A DNA stretch of 63,960 nucleotides, filler included, from Octopus bimaculoides (Eukaryota), in assembly GCF_001194135.2 (NCBI RefSeq). It is 6 parts of 5 records of this genome, joined end to end, with 100 filler letters (N's around TTAATTAATTAA, not from the genome) between each part and the next. Parts side by side here need not be neighbours in the genome. Positions count along the whole stretch, not along the records: positions 11,365 to 38,573 come from NC_068982.1; 5 more parts are not named here. One strand, 5' to 3'. The position numbers were made by a program, and so were the translations under genes. Of the stretch, positions 13,900-25,910 are shown piece by piece. Each line of letters opens with the position of its first letter. Within the stretch, counting starts at the first letter, position 1. The notes below the pieces were generated by a model that was given only the letters and a program-made list of their open reading frames with translations, did not search any database and was not told the DNA's origin.

Positions 13900-14260
13900 T
13901 TGGTATGAAGTCACTCATCAATACGCCCTTATTTACAGATGTGCCATGTCCTTCTCGGCCTTTTCCATCACTATTATATTGCCTCTGTTTCTTGGAGCTG
14001 GCTGGTCAAGTGTTAGCTTCGCTCAGATATTCTCGACACACTCGTTTCTCCTTTTCTCGTTATCCGTACTTTGTCCATCTCCAGGTATTGCACGAATCGC
14101 TTTACTCAATCGTTTCTCCCCAGAATGTCATCCCTCTGGAATTCTTTCCATACATATGGTTTTCTTGCAACCATCAAGCAAGAGGAACGTTAACTATCTC
14201 GACCTTACCGGTATGGAAAAGTCTGCAAGAGGCAACTCCTCTTCATAGGGATTCAAGAAA
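13900..14260 (-). mobile_element. Degenerate LINE fragment, probably R4/Dong post-RT region
   Basis: YLEMDK..EKRVCREYL resembles the Y.YLG..E.D...EY.RR segment; heavily mutated. Confidence 0.4.
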
Positions 14261-14429
14261 AAAAAATTAAACCACAGATTTCTTTTCAAATTCAGTGAAA
14301 TGTGCCACGTCTTTGCACAGAGATACTTAACGTTAAGTAGCATTACTTAACGTCACACATCACTGATTCAAGGCAATTGACAGAACATCTGTACTCTTAC
14401 TCAAACGAATACAAAATAGACTTCTCTTT

Positions 14430-15633
14430 TCTACTAGCTATGCATAAAAATAATCAGAAACAAGAGTATGTCGGTGTATTGTTTATTTCGTTTCAAGCAG
14501 CTACACACTGTGAGGGCGAGTACAATTGGCCATTTAAATCCCCAGATTCCTCTCTCGCCTAACTGGAAGTCCCTTCTCTGTGGACCACCTCCTTAGTTAG
14601 CCCGCACTGAAGTTCCTGTCTACAGTTCGTTTGTTATGAGTCCATGGGCAGTGCCCTACATATAGCTTCCCCTCGGAACTGTTGACTGTCATTGGCACCG
14701 GGAAGGTGTTTTAACTACCTTGACTGTGCGCGTGATTACTCGGCTCTTTGGCGACTGTTCGTTGTCAGGGGTTGGTGTGACTTACCTAGGGAAGCTTTTG
14801 TCTGGCGGTTGAGCTACTTGAACGGAGCTGTCGATATCTAGATGGGCTAGTTTCGATCTATCGATGGAAACCGCGTCTTGTCGTCCGCCAATCAGGAGTT
14901 GAAATAATTTATCACTTCATAAGAGCCATCATAGGGTCACTGAAGGATTTTTCGTCGTGTGTCCCGGTGAACGAACTCAAACTTCGGCTTGTGAAGGTCA
15001 TTTGTTGCGAATGACCTAGGTGTACCATGTGTTGACATGGGAGTAGGGCGTAACTGGCCCACACTGTCTCTCAAGTGCGCGAGATAATCTTGGACATTTG
15101 GGTCTGGCCCTGTATATAGAAAGAACTCTCCCAGCACCGTAAGTGGGACACCGCTTACTATTTCTGTGGAAGAAGTGTTGAAATTTTCCTTTGTGGTGGT
15201 GTGGATTCCCAGCATCAACCATGGAAGTTGATCGATCCAGTTGAGCTCATTAAGTCTGGTTGTGAGGGATTGTGCTTCAACCTGTGCAAACTGTACCTCG
15301 GCCCGCTTCGGCCAGAATTGTAGGAGTTTCAGTGCGGCGGTGTGGTCGCTTGCTCTGTTTGCGTATTTTCTATTACGGGGTCACCACTTATAGCTTTGTA
15401 AAGCTATCCATAAAGATAATCAGGAACAAGAGCGTGTCGGTGTATAGTTCATTTCGTTTCAATCAGCTACACTGTGAGGGCGAATACGATCGGCCATCTA
15501 ATTCCCAATGCTCCTCTTCCGCCTAACCGGAAGTCCCTTCTCTCTGCGGACCAGCTCGCTAACTAGCCCGCAGTGGAGTTCCTGTCGACAGTTCGTCTGT
15601 TATGAGCCCATAACAGACGAACTGTGCCCTACA
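14430..15633 (-). mobile_element. Internally deleted Ty3/Gypsy LTR retrotransposon (LTR-PBS-gag N-terminus/integrase C-terminus-PPT-LTR)
   Basis: 5' LTR 15389-15633 and 3' LTR 14430-14660 both start TGTAGGGCAC. PBS TGGTGACCCCG at 15386-15376; PPT GAGGGGAAG next to 14661; TSD TCTTT at 14425-14429 and 15634-15638. Gag-like KLLQFWPKRAEVQFAQVEAQ and integrase-like MLGIHTTTKE..EIVSGVPLTVLGEFF..PYDG. Confidence 0.9.
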
Positions 15634-15761
15634 TCTTTCACCATTCTTCTTTTCCCCGGACCCTCTAGCTCAGTGCTTTTCGAACTTATTCTAATTAGTG
15701 TCCCACACTTTTCAATGCCCCTTTAACATTTAGTAAAATAAAAGTGCCACATATGCATATA

Positions 15762-16722
15762 CGAGAGGGTAGCCAAAAGTAATCGGAAACGTTCTCTGTG
15801 GGACACGCCCGTTGCAGTTCAGGCTTCCGCCACTAGATGCCACATGATGTGACACTCAGGCATTCGTTTGCCGACCAGAGTTGTTCAGTGAGGTCATACT
15901 TCCACGTGGTGCGTCTTTATTTTGCAGTGTCTCTACCCTGTTCGTTGATTTTTGCCATGGCTGAAACGAAAGGACAGCATCTTCCGTGAAATTCAGTTTT
16001 CTGCTGGCGAAAACGGCGGCCGAAACAGTTGTCATGTATCAAACAGCTTACAAGGACGCTGCCATGAGCAAATCGCAAGTTTACGGGTGATTCTCACGCT
16101 TTAGGAATGGTCACTTGTCGCTTGAAGACCAACCTCGTTCAGGGCGACTGTCGACCTACCGAACGAATGAAAACATCATTAAAATTCATGAACTGATCGT
16201 TGAGGACCATCACCGAACAATTTACGAACTTGTTGGTATGACTGGAATGTCCTGGAGCTCCTGCCAATGAATTTTGAGCGAAGAATTGCGAATGAAAAGA
16301 GTTGCAGCAAAATGTGTGCCTCGTTTGCTCACGGAAGATCAAAAGCAGTCACGATTGAATGTGTGTCATGAACTGAAAGAACAGTTGGAAGTTGATCTGG
16401 ACCTTTTTCGAAGGTCATCACNNNNNNNNNNNNNNNNNNNNNNNNNNNNNNNNNNNNNNNNNNNNNNNNNNNNNNNNNNNNNNNNNNNNNNNNNNNNNNN
16501 NNNNNNNNNNNNNNNNNNNNNNNNNNNNNNNNNNNNNNNNNNNNNNNNNNNNNNNNNNNNNNNNNNNNNNNNNNNNAAGAATTCCAGCACTGCTTCGAAC
16601 AGTGGAAAACGAGTCGGTACCGATGCATTGCTTCAAATGGAGAATACTTTTAAGGTGATAAAAGTGCAAACATGTAAAGCTAAGTGAATAAAATAACATT
16701 GCAATATTCTGCTTTCTTTTCG
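15762..16722 (+). mobile_element. Tc1/mariner element 1, transposase pseudogene
   Basis: KTAAETVVMYQTAY..FRNG..SLEDQPRSGR..MKRVAAKCVPRLLTEDQK (HTH domains and WVPR-like motif). TA on both sides, in-frame stops, and the DDD core falls in a gap. Confidence 0.9.
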
Positions 16723-16742
16723 TATATATTAGGTTGTATATA

Positions 16743-17997
16743 TTAGGTTGTTTCACATGAAATGTTGTATTTGAAAGGTATCAATAAAATATTTCAGAAG
16801 TATTAGAGAACTGATTTACTTAATCAAAGTATGATCCATGTTCATTTATGTCCTTTACCCAACGTTTCTCTATGTCATATATTCCATCTTAAAAATTAAA
16901 AAAAATTATCTTTTGCTGTAATAAACTGTCTGAATACTTCAATTACCTCTTCGCTATTTAAGAATGCTTTATTGCTTATGAAAAGCTCAAAATGTTTAAA
17001 TAAGTGATGATCAGTAGGAGAGATATCAGGAGAATTGGGAGGATGTTGCAAAATCTCATAATTCAGGCTTTGCAACTTTTGGACCGAAGCTTGAGGAGTG
17101 AGAGGACGTGAATTGTCATTGAGCAAATTGGGTCATCTCTATTCACTAGTCTGGGTTGCTCCTTTTTCAAATTCTCATGCATACAATCAATTTCTTGGCA
17201 ATACGATGTTGCTGTTACCATTTTCCCTTGTTGCAAAAATGAATAATGACCAACTCCCTTCGCAGACCACCATACAGTGACCACTAACTTTTTAGGGTGC
17301 AACGGTGGGTTTGAGTAGTGTTTAAGTGACTCTACTGCATATAATCACTGTCCTGTTCTCCTGCTGTTGTCAAAGAATATCCATTTCTCATCACAAGTAA
17401 TGAACTGATGCAAAAATAGTCATTTTCCAGTCGAGAAAGCAATAAGGAGCACACTTCGAGGCATCTGTTTTTAAAAATCTCGTTCAGTTGATGTGGAACA
17501 AACCTATCCGTTTTCTTGACTTTTCCAATTTTTTACGGGTGTCCAAAAACAATTGTGCGAGATGTTTGGAGTTATGATGAAAGTTTTCGAACCTTTGTTC
17601 TCGGATTTTGTTCAACCAAAGCATTTAATTCATCATGCTGAATAACTGATTTTGGCCTAGCCCTTGGTTCATTTTCAAGGCTATCATCTCCTGAATGAGA
17701 TCTTTAGAACCATCTCTTAACAGTTCTGATGTCAACAAAATCATTACCAAAGTCCCGCCTAATATTCCGTAGAGCTTCTGCGGCAGAGTGATCCAGTTTG
17801 TGCTCGTATGAGAAAATCACTCAACATAGTTTAGTTGTTATCATTTTCATAAGGTCTGTAGGTACGAATTTTGTATACCAGTATTGTTGGGAAAGAAAAA
17901 GAGTCAAGATTAAATGCAAGGCATACATAATTGAGTTTTTTAAATGACCGAAATAACAAGTAATTAAAAATGCAACATTTCATGTGAAACAACCTAA
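16743..17997 (-). mobile_element. Full-length mariner element 2 (1255 bp, D,D34D transposase pseudogene)
   Basis: 30-bp TIRs TTAGGTTGTTTCACATGAAATGTTG(T/C)ATTT with 1 mismatch; TA TSD at 16741-42 and 17998-99. Peptides HPKKLVVTVWW, LNDNSRP and HPPNSPDISPTDHHLF; frameshifts and stops. Confidence 0.95.
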
Positions 17998-18540
17998 TAT
18001 GTTCATACGAATCCAGATAAAAAAAAATGTCACAGTAATAAAGTCACAGGAAAAAACTCATGGTAAGAAAATCACAGCGTTTAGTCCGGGGGAGGGGGGT
18101 TGTCCGAGGGGATTTNNNNNNNNNNNNNNNNNNNNNNNNNNNNNNNNNNNNNNNNNNNNNNNNNNNNNNNNNNNNNNNNNNNNNNNNNNNNNNNNNNNNN
18201 NNNNNNNNNNNNNNNNNNNNNNNNNNNNNNNNNNNNNNNNNNNNNNNNNNNNNNNNNNNNNNNNNNNNNNNNNNNNNNNNNNNNNNNNNNNNNNNNNNNN
18301 NNNNNNNNNNNNNNNNNNNNNNNNNNNNNNNNNNNNNNNNNNNNNNNNNNNNNNNNNNNNNNNNNNNNNNNNNNNNNNNNNNNNNNNNNNNNNNNNNNNN
18401 NNNNNNNNNNNNNNNNNNNNNNNNNNNNNNNNNNNNNNNNNNNNNNNNNNNNNNNNNNNNNNNNNNNNNNNNNNNNNNNNNNNNNNNNNNNNNNNNNNNN
18501 NNNNNNNNNNNNNNNNNNNNNNNNNNNNNNNNNNNNNNNN

Positions 18541-18848
18541 TTTGTTTGTCCCTGGACAAGATATCTCAAGAACCGCTGGATGGATTCGAATGAAACTTTC
18601 AAGGTTGTGACTGACACGAACTGTTTAGATTTTGGGACCGATCCGGTACCGGACAAGGATTCTGGATTATTTTTCCGGTTTTTTTATTTCATTTTTGAGA
18701 GCGATCGGGTTCATTTTTAGTATTCTCGTTTGTGAGAGCAATCAGGTTTATTTCAGATATTCTCATTTTAAAAATTATCTCCGGCTAATCGTTGAGAGGA
18801 CGTTGGTGTTGCCTTGGCGGAGGTTTGCGCTCTCTGAGTTCTCTTGTT
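18541..18848 (+). mobile_element. Non-autonomous Helentron/DINE-1-like element (3' part)
   Basis: Starts (GTTT)n-GTCC…GATATCTCAAGAACCGCTGGATGGATT…GAAACTT and ends CCTTGGCGGAGGTTTGCGCTCTCTGAGT, an architecture typical of HINE/DINE-type elements. The 5' end is in a gap. Confidence 0.7.
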
Positions 18849-19069
18849 TATAATTTACATGTATATATTTGGTATATATTCGGGTTTGTTTGTTTACTTA
18901 TTTGTGTTTCGAAGTCTATTATTATAGTTGATGTTGTTATCGTGGTAATTGTAGCTTTCAATAAGTTTATCATAACATTACATTTAAAATTTTTTGTAAA
19001 TAGTATTGAGGAAAAGAAAAAAAGGTATCTTGTATTATAGGAGAGGCATAACTGTTAATATTTAAGTAG

Positions 19070-19495
19070 GAAAATGTGGCACGCTAGCAGAATCGGTAGC
19101 ACGCCGGGAAGCCTTTACGTTCTGAGTTCAAATTCCACCAAGGTCGATTTTACCTTTTATCCTTTCGAGATTCATAAAATAAGTACCAGTTCAGCACTGA
19201 GATCGATGCAATCTACTTATCCCTCCCACGAAATTAATGACCTTGTGCCAAAATTTGAAATCAATATTTAAGTAGGAGGCTTCAGTGAGCTGGCAGAATC
19301 CTTAACACGACGGGCAAGATGCTTAGTGGCATTTCGTCTGTCTTTATGCTCTGAGTTCAATTTCCGCCGAGGTCGACTTTGCCTTTTATCCTTTCGGGTC
19401 GATAAAACAAGTACCAGCTGGGTACTGGGGTCAATATAATCGACTTACCCTCTTCTCTTGAAATTGCTAGCCTTGAACCAAAATTTGTAACGAAT
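19070..19495 (+). mobile_element. Two tandem SINE family A copies, tail type 3
   Basis: Both copies run from head through central domain to …GCCTTG(T/A)(G/A)CCAAAATTTG; AATATTTAA recurs at the three junctions. Confidence 0.88.
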
Positions 19496-20000
19496 ATTTA
19501 AATAGATGAGAAAGACTAAAAATGCTGTACAGATGCATCTATCGGTCCCTTTCTCCTTTCTCCCCAGTGCCCATATAAAATTTGGTAAATTTTGGTATTT
19601 TCACCCGCACNNNNNNNNNNNNNNNNNNNNNNNNNNNNNNNNNNNNNNNNNNNNNNNNNNNNNNNNNNNNNNNNNNNNNNNNNNNNNNNNNNNNNNNNNN
19701 NNNNNNNNNNNNNNNNNNNNNNNNNNNNNNNNNNNNNNNNNNNNNNNNNNNNNNNNNNNNNNNNNNNNNNNNNNNNNNNNNNNNNNNNNNNNNNNNNNNN
19801 NNNNNNNNNNNNNNNNNNNNNNNNNNNNNNNNNNNNNNNNNNNNNNNNNNNNNNNNNNNNNNNNNNNNNNNNNNNNNNNNNNNNNNNNNNNNNNNNNNNN
19901 NNNNNNNNNNNNNNNNNNNNNNNNNNNNNNNNNNNNNNNNNNNNNNNNNNNNNNNNNNNNNNNNNNNNNNNCCCCCCCCACAAAAAAAGCAAAAACTTAC

Positions 20001-20272
20001 GTAATGTCTTGTTTCTCCCTTGTAATACACATCCCAGGGATTTAAATGCTTTCTGTACGCTGCGACAGTCCCTTCATCTCTAACAACACTCTCATAACCG
20101 TCCCCGAAGCTTAATTCCATGGCACCGACTACGTCGAATGCACTCCCACCATCTCCATATCTTGTAACAACAGTAAGCTTTGAAGATCCGTATATGTGCT
20201 TCAAACTGGATGTCGTCCAGGTGTCTACTTCCACCAGTACTTTCGTGAAGTTTGTAACAATGCCCAAGCAAT
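20001..20272 (-). CDS. Internal coding exon of an unidentified host gene: (D)CLGIVTNFTKVLVEVDTWTTSSLKHIYGSSKLTVVTRYGDGGSAFDVVGAMELSFGDGYESVVRDEGTVAAYRKHLNPWDVYYKGETRHY
   Basis: Acceptor cttgcag| at 20274-20273 and consensus donor |GTAAGT at 20000-19995. 272 bp stop-free, complex protein-like composition, no transposon motif recognised. Confidence 0.75.
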
Positions 20273-20496
20273 CTGCAAGCCCATAACTAAGTATTTTAAT
20301 TCAGCAGGTCGCTTGTTCAATTCACTCTCAGTTTATAGCGTCGCACTAACAATCCGGTGTAACCTTCATTCCTAAAGATAAAGACGAAAAAAAAGAAATA
20401 CTCATCTTTAACATAGGATGGTCGTCATTAAACGGTGTGTCGCAAGGAATATTCAGATTCAGCATGGATTTCAAATATATTATTAAAAGCTTTGTG

Positions 20497-20720
20497 AAGG
20501 TGCGTGGCCTAGTAGTTAGGGTGTTCGGTTCATGATAATAAGGTCGCGGGTTCAATTTCCAGACTGGATGATGCATTGTGACTTTGACCAAATCCCTTAA
20601 TTTTACATTGCTCCTCTCTATCTCAGCAGGCTGCTGGTGCAGCTTTCTCTCCCTCCAGCTGCTACATCCTGAATGTTCCGTTGGGTCATTAGCAAGAGAG
20701 CCGTGAGAATGCATAGATTT
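20497..20720 (+). mobile_element. tRNA-derived SINE family D
   Basis: A box TGGCCTAGTAG and B box GGTTCAATTTC; related copy at 30487-30725. Confidence 0.7.
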
Positions 20721-21199
20721 GTTCGCGACCGCACAAACACCTAAATCAATTTTTAAAATCATGGTACATGCTACGAAGCCATTCTCGCTCGCGGGTGACA
20801 GCTGATTGCACTTTTTCTTTAAATCTAAGGCCTTAGAAAATCCATTTTAATCATTGGACATCGTGAAAAGTGGTTTTCATAATTTTTCTTTATACACAAG
20901 TATTATTTCCAACGCCATGTCATGCCACAGAACATTAACTCCTCGATAGGAATGCTGTCGATATGTCTAAACGAAATACGGTTTGTCTTGGGCATTTTAG
21001 ACAAGGTAGAGCCCATTTGATCCCCCAAGCAGGGGAGAAAGAAGCAGAAAGGAAGTAAAGGGTTAGAGAAGAACCATATTTATCGACTCTGAGAGGATGA
21101 AAAGCAAAATTGGTTTCGGCGGGATTGGAACTCAGAACATAGGGAGAATGAACGACTCACCACAAAAAAATCTATCCGAAGCTCTACCAATTGACCGCC

Positions 21200-21420
21200 T
21201 AATGAATTGATTTCAAATTTTGGCACAAAGCCAGCAATTTCGGGGGAGGGAGTATGTCGATTACAGTGATCCCCAGTATTCAACTGGTACTTATTTTATC
21301 GACCTCGAAAGGATAAAAAGTAAAGTCGATCTCGGCGGAATTTGAACCCAGAATGTGAGGACGGACGAAATGTCGCTAAGCATTTTGTCCAGCATGCTAA
21401 TGATTCTGTCTGCTTCCCGC
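21200..21420 (-). mobile_element. SINE family A, tail type 3
   Basis: Matches family A head, central domain and tail. Confidence 0.85.
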
Positions 21421-21729
21421 CTTTGGCCGCCTAATAAATTAAGGTATGCAATACACTTCTACTCTTTTACATCCTTCAGGCATTGGACTGCGATCATGCT
21501 GGAGCACCGCCTTGTAAGGACATAAATTAACATCCACTGAGATGCTAATTTATGGGGACGTAAATAAACTAACAACGTTGTTAAAACTGTGGAGGTGCAA
21601 ATTCAAAGATACACACACGTACGCACGCGCACGCACACACATATACATACATATATATATATGTGTATGTATGTATATAATATGTGTGTATATATACATG
21701 TGTGTGTATTTGTGTGTGCGTATATATAT

Positions 21730-21771
<42 letters not shown>

Positions 21772-22129
21772 NNNNNNNNNNNNNNNNNNNNNNNNNNNNN
21801 NNNNNNNNNNNNNNNNNNNNNNNNNNNNNNNNNNNNNNNNNNNNNNNNNNNNNNNNNNNNNNNNNNNNNNNNNNNNNNNNNNNNNNNNNNNNNNNNNNNN
21901 NNNNNNNNNNNNNNNNNNNNNNNNNNNNNNNNNNNNNNNNNNNNNNNNNNNNNNNNNNNNNNNNNNNNNNNNNNNNNNNNNNNNNNNNNNNNNNNNNNNN
22001 NNNNNNNNNNNNNNNNNNNNNNNNNNNNNNNNNNNNNNNNNNNNNNNNNNNNNNNNNNNNNNNNNNNNNNNNNNNNNNNNNNNNATATATATATATATAT
22101 ATAGGTAGGTAGGTAGATACATTTGATTA

Positions 22130-22830
22130 AAGGGGATCCATGAAGAATCTAGGCACATCAAAGTGAAGCACGCCACAATTAATGGCTAAAGAGAATGGCA
22201 TAAATCAGACAATTAAGCAAGCCATTACCATAGCACGCAATGCATTGATGAAGGGAAGTTCACTATTGTTTGGTAATCTGTAACTTCAATAGTATACAAA
22301 GATGAATGGAATCTTAAGTGTGGCGTAAAAACATAATAAAAACTGACGAATGTATTATCTGGTATTGATACACTTGTTTTATTTAAGAATACCTATTGTG
22401 ACATAAGCAAGGTATTGTCAGGTATGTAGTATGCACAACATTTATAAGATTACGTAATATGTTACGCAACTCTCAACTCATCAGGATCATCAAATAAACA
22501 AGAGAGCAGTGACATGCTGATGATACAACACGTCATCAATAAGGGAAATTTTGACTTCGAATTATCAACATTCAAGAAATATAAACTGGGTGGGATTACA
22601 ATCAAGCAATCACGAGGGTGGACAGCAGAAAGAGGTTGTAAACTATTGAATAGTTAAACGACAGATCTATTCAAAAGATGTCATTACACTTTGCGACATC
22701 GCTCATAAAAGCTGATACTGAGAAAACAGGTTTATACAGTAGCAAATAGCTGGCACCGAGCAGGACATTTGACCCTATCAAAATATTAAGACAGTTGCCG
22801 ACATTGTTGCCAAAAGACAAACAAAAGAAA
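22130..22830 (+). mobile_element. Highly decayed LINE RT fragment
   Basis: HADDTT (YADD-like) at about 22513-22530; multiple stops. Confidence 0.35.
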
Positions 22831-24439
22831 AATAATACCATTTGCTGTGTTATATTTATTTAAAACATCAAAGGAGTGATGTGGTTAATTAATTTAAACA
22901 TTATTTTTTCATTAACTTAATACCGATTGATTAAATTGCTCCGATTAATTATTGTAGATCTAATAGAATGTTAGCTTAATTTGGGGAGAGCTAGCTAATT
23001 ATAATTCAGGGGGGAAAATAAGGAAAAATGCAGAGAATAGCGAAGGTCTCTGCTACATTTTGGAAGCGAGAGAGGAGGGTAAAGAAGGAGAGGAAAGAAA
23101 AAGGAAATGAAAATAATTAATATATAGAGATATCTCTAATCACAGTGCCAGAAATCATAACCTATGAATACGTAAATAAAAACAGTGTTGGGGTGAAGAT
23201 GGTGTTGGCATAAACAAACAGATAAATGTGCACACTAAACTAATGAAAGTAGTTTAGGCAATAATCAGTATCAGCCTAAAGGATATAGATTTATGTTAGT
23301 TAAATATAAAAAATTAGAGAGATCAGTAATATAGCTGTTACGAAATTACAAGTCAAAAGGCTAGAAATAATAGAGAAGGAAAAACAGAATCGCTATTCCA
23401 TCCATCCATCCCCCCATAAAAAAAAAACAAAAACGAAAACTGTGAATCCCAACGTTTCTTTTAACCAATATGGTCACATTGTTATTGAGAATACATCAAA
23501 TCAATTAAAATCATATAGGTTAAGTATATATGTCAGATCATTACTATAATAATTTAAAATTATAGGGAATATTAAGAAAATGTTAAAAGAAGTCATACAA
23601 ATGTTAAAGGATTATAAAGAACCTTAAATGTTAGAATACCTAAATATAATCCATGAATCTTATTAGTAATTAGGTTCTATATTGTAGATTATAAATACCT
23701 AGCACTCGGGGGAGGCGTTATTGAATCGATTTAAAGTTTAAGAAAGTCCTTCGGATAGAATGCGGGCATATGATCCTTAGTTCATCTGAGCTATTAGTAA
23801 CTTCACTCGTGCATCTTATTTCCAACAATTCAAACAGTAGAGATTACAACCATATCGCTAACAAACAGCTTAATGTGTCTAGCGATGTCCCACATTAGAT
23901 GAAAATCAATCTTTAAGTCCTTTATCTCCCAGATCTTCACAGAGAGCGATGTTGTTTTCACTTCATATCTCTTTCTAAATGCATGGAGATGATTGTTATC
24001 TTGATTTAAAATTAGAAGTGGAACCTATGTAAGTGAAAGTATGTAGATTAGTTTTAACATTACATTTATATACAATGTTTTTGGCCGGGCATTTATTTCT
24101 AGCAGGCATTCAAATTTCTTCTTACAATGACATAATCTAGTTAACGTCTTGATGGGAATATTGTGGGTTACATAACTCATACTATTATGCAGTATACAGC
24201 GAGAATCAGTAGAACTGATATGTGCGTTAACCACTCCATGAACACTTACATTGACATAACTCGTACGGCTGTTAGTATAAACATCAATCTGTCACCAAGT
24301 GTTCCAAAATAATTACACTTACTATCGTTATTACTACTAATCAAGTTGTTAATGCTGTAACTATCACTATCACTAAATACACCAGTACATTTATTATTAT
24401 TATTATTTTGTTGTTGTTATCATTATTTTCTTTTTATCA

Positions 24440-25255
24440 CAGATTTTGTTGGAACTCCTGGAGTCTTGCATGCGTAGCGGGCTTACTACCTGCAGCCTAC
24501 GGTAGCATGCTATCCATTCTTTTCAGCTATGTAATACTTTCCTGATTATTATGGCTGTGCCTTTTGTAATAATTCTACTGAGCACTCTATTCCAATTTCG
24601 CTGATATTCCTCTTGGTGATTTCTGATACTATTTCCAAGGACCCAACAATAATTGGCACTATCTTCACCTTCTTCATTTTCCATAGCCGGGATATTTCGT
24701 ACTTAAAAGGGTTGTATCTATCTATCTTTTCGCCTTCCTTCTTTGACTATTCGTGGGTCAAAGGGGTATGCAACGTCAACTATATAGCATATGTGGTGCA
24801 CCTTATCCACTACCACTTGGTCCGGTCTGTTATGCTCTAGCATTTGATTTGTTTGGATTGGGAAATCCCAGAGGATTTTGCTAGTCTCCAACTCCGCCAC
24901 TCTCTGTGGTTTGTGCTCATTTCACGTCTTGCCTCTCTCTAGCCCTCACTTTTCGCAGAGTTTCCAATGTAGCACTTTCGCTACCTGATCGTGTCACCAC
25001 AACTTGTAGTGGTTTTGGGTACGTCTAGGGCATTCGTTCGTGATATGGGCAATGGTTTCATTCACTCTATTGCAGATGCGGCACAGCGGAGACACTTGCC
25101 CATTTCTCAGGTTGACCCTCCAGTTCGTGGCTAAAACTTGGTCTTGCGCTGCCAGTATAGTGCTCTCGCTCTATTTTTGGGGGGTTCCTTTCATCAGTCA
25201 ATCCCACCTATTTTTTCCAGCAACTTCTGTTGTGACTGCATTGAATTGATTGTAT
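24440..25255 (-). mobile_element. 5'-truncated R4/Dong-type LINE (zinc knuckle + RLE + 3' UTR) between (TAA)n tracts
   Basis: KILWDFPIQTNQMLEHNRPDQVVVDK..IVDVAYP and an upstream RHDQVAK motif. (TTA)n tracts at about 24390 and 25260. Confidence 0.88.
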
Positions 25256-25293
25256 AGTCCATTATTATTATTATTGTTATTATTATTATTATT

Positions 25294-25343
<50 letters not shown>

Positions 25344-25910
25344 TATTGAGTGAGAGAGCAGTGCATGCCATCAAATTGACTCTAGGAGGGTAAAATATAC
25401 GATGCCAAGTATATCCATCATGACTACCCGTCTGATAAGGATAGGGGAGATCCAATTGAGTTGAGCCACTAGGAGAGTTGATCCAACCCCTAGCACTACC
25501 ACTTACATTCCAGAAAGAAAGTCCAAATGCCCTCTGTTGGTGGAGTGTCACATATCTTTCTTTTCAGTTAAGGCAAATAGTTGCAGAACAGCTCTTTGAA
25601 GATGAGGTTAGGGAAGAACTCTAAATTGCTCAAGAAAGTGGATTTCAGAGTTAGCGGTAAGGCCCTTTCTATCATTTACATAAAAACAGTTATTTTTGTG
25701 ACATTGTAAGCAACATGTAGCCTATGCATTGTAGATTTATTGAGGAGGTTTTGATTGAATTTGATATAACTGCTTTGAAGTGAGTCAAAGCACATGCCAA
25801 AATGGCCAACCTGGGGAGAGATGAACCATTAATCATTAGGAGACTTAGATTCATGGCTCAACTTTCCTTTTTTTCTAAATTAAGATACTGTTTACATTTT
25901 TTTTCAGACG

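Noticed and set aside
20001-20272. Assigning the orphan exon to g-type lysozyme, jacalin or transthyretin-like families
   Set aside because: Only 5-8 residue resemblances (GDGGSAF, AAY, RHY) with wrong spacing.
25500-25665. Splice-site pairs on both strands (plus: LRQIVAEQLFEDEVREEL*; minus: AVLQLFALTEKERY…FWN)
   Set aside because: The plus frame has stops and the minus candidate is phase-incompatible with the 20272 exon; I cannot separate either from chance.
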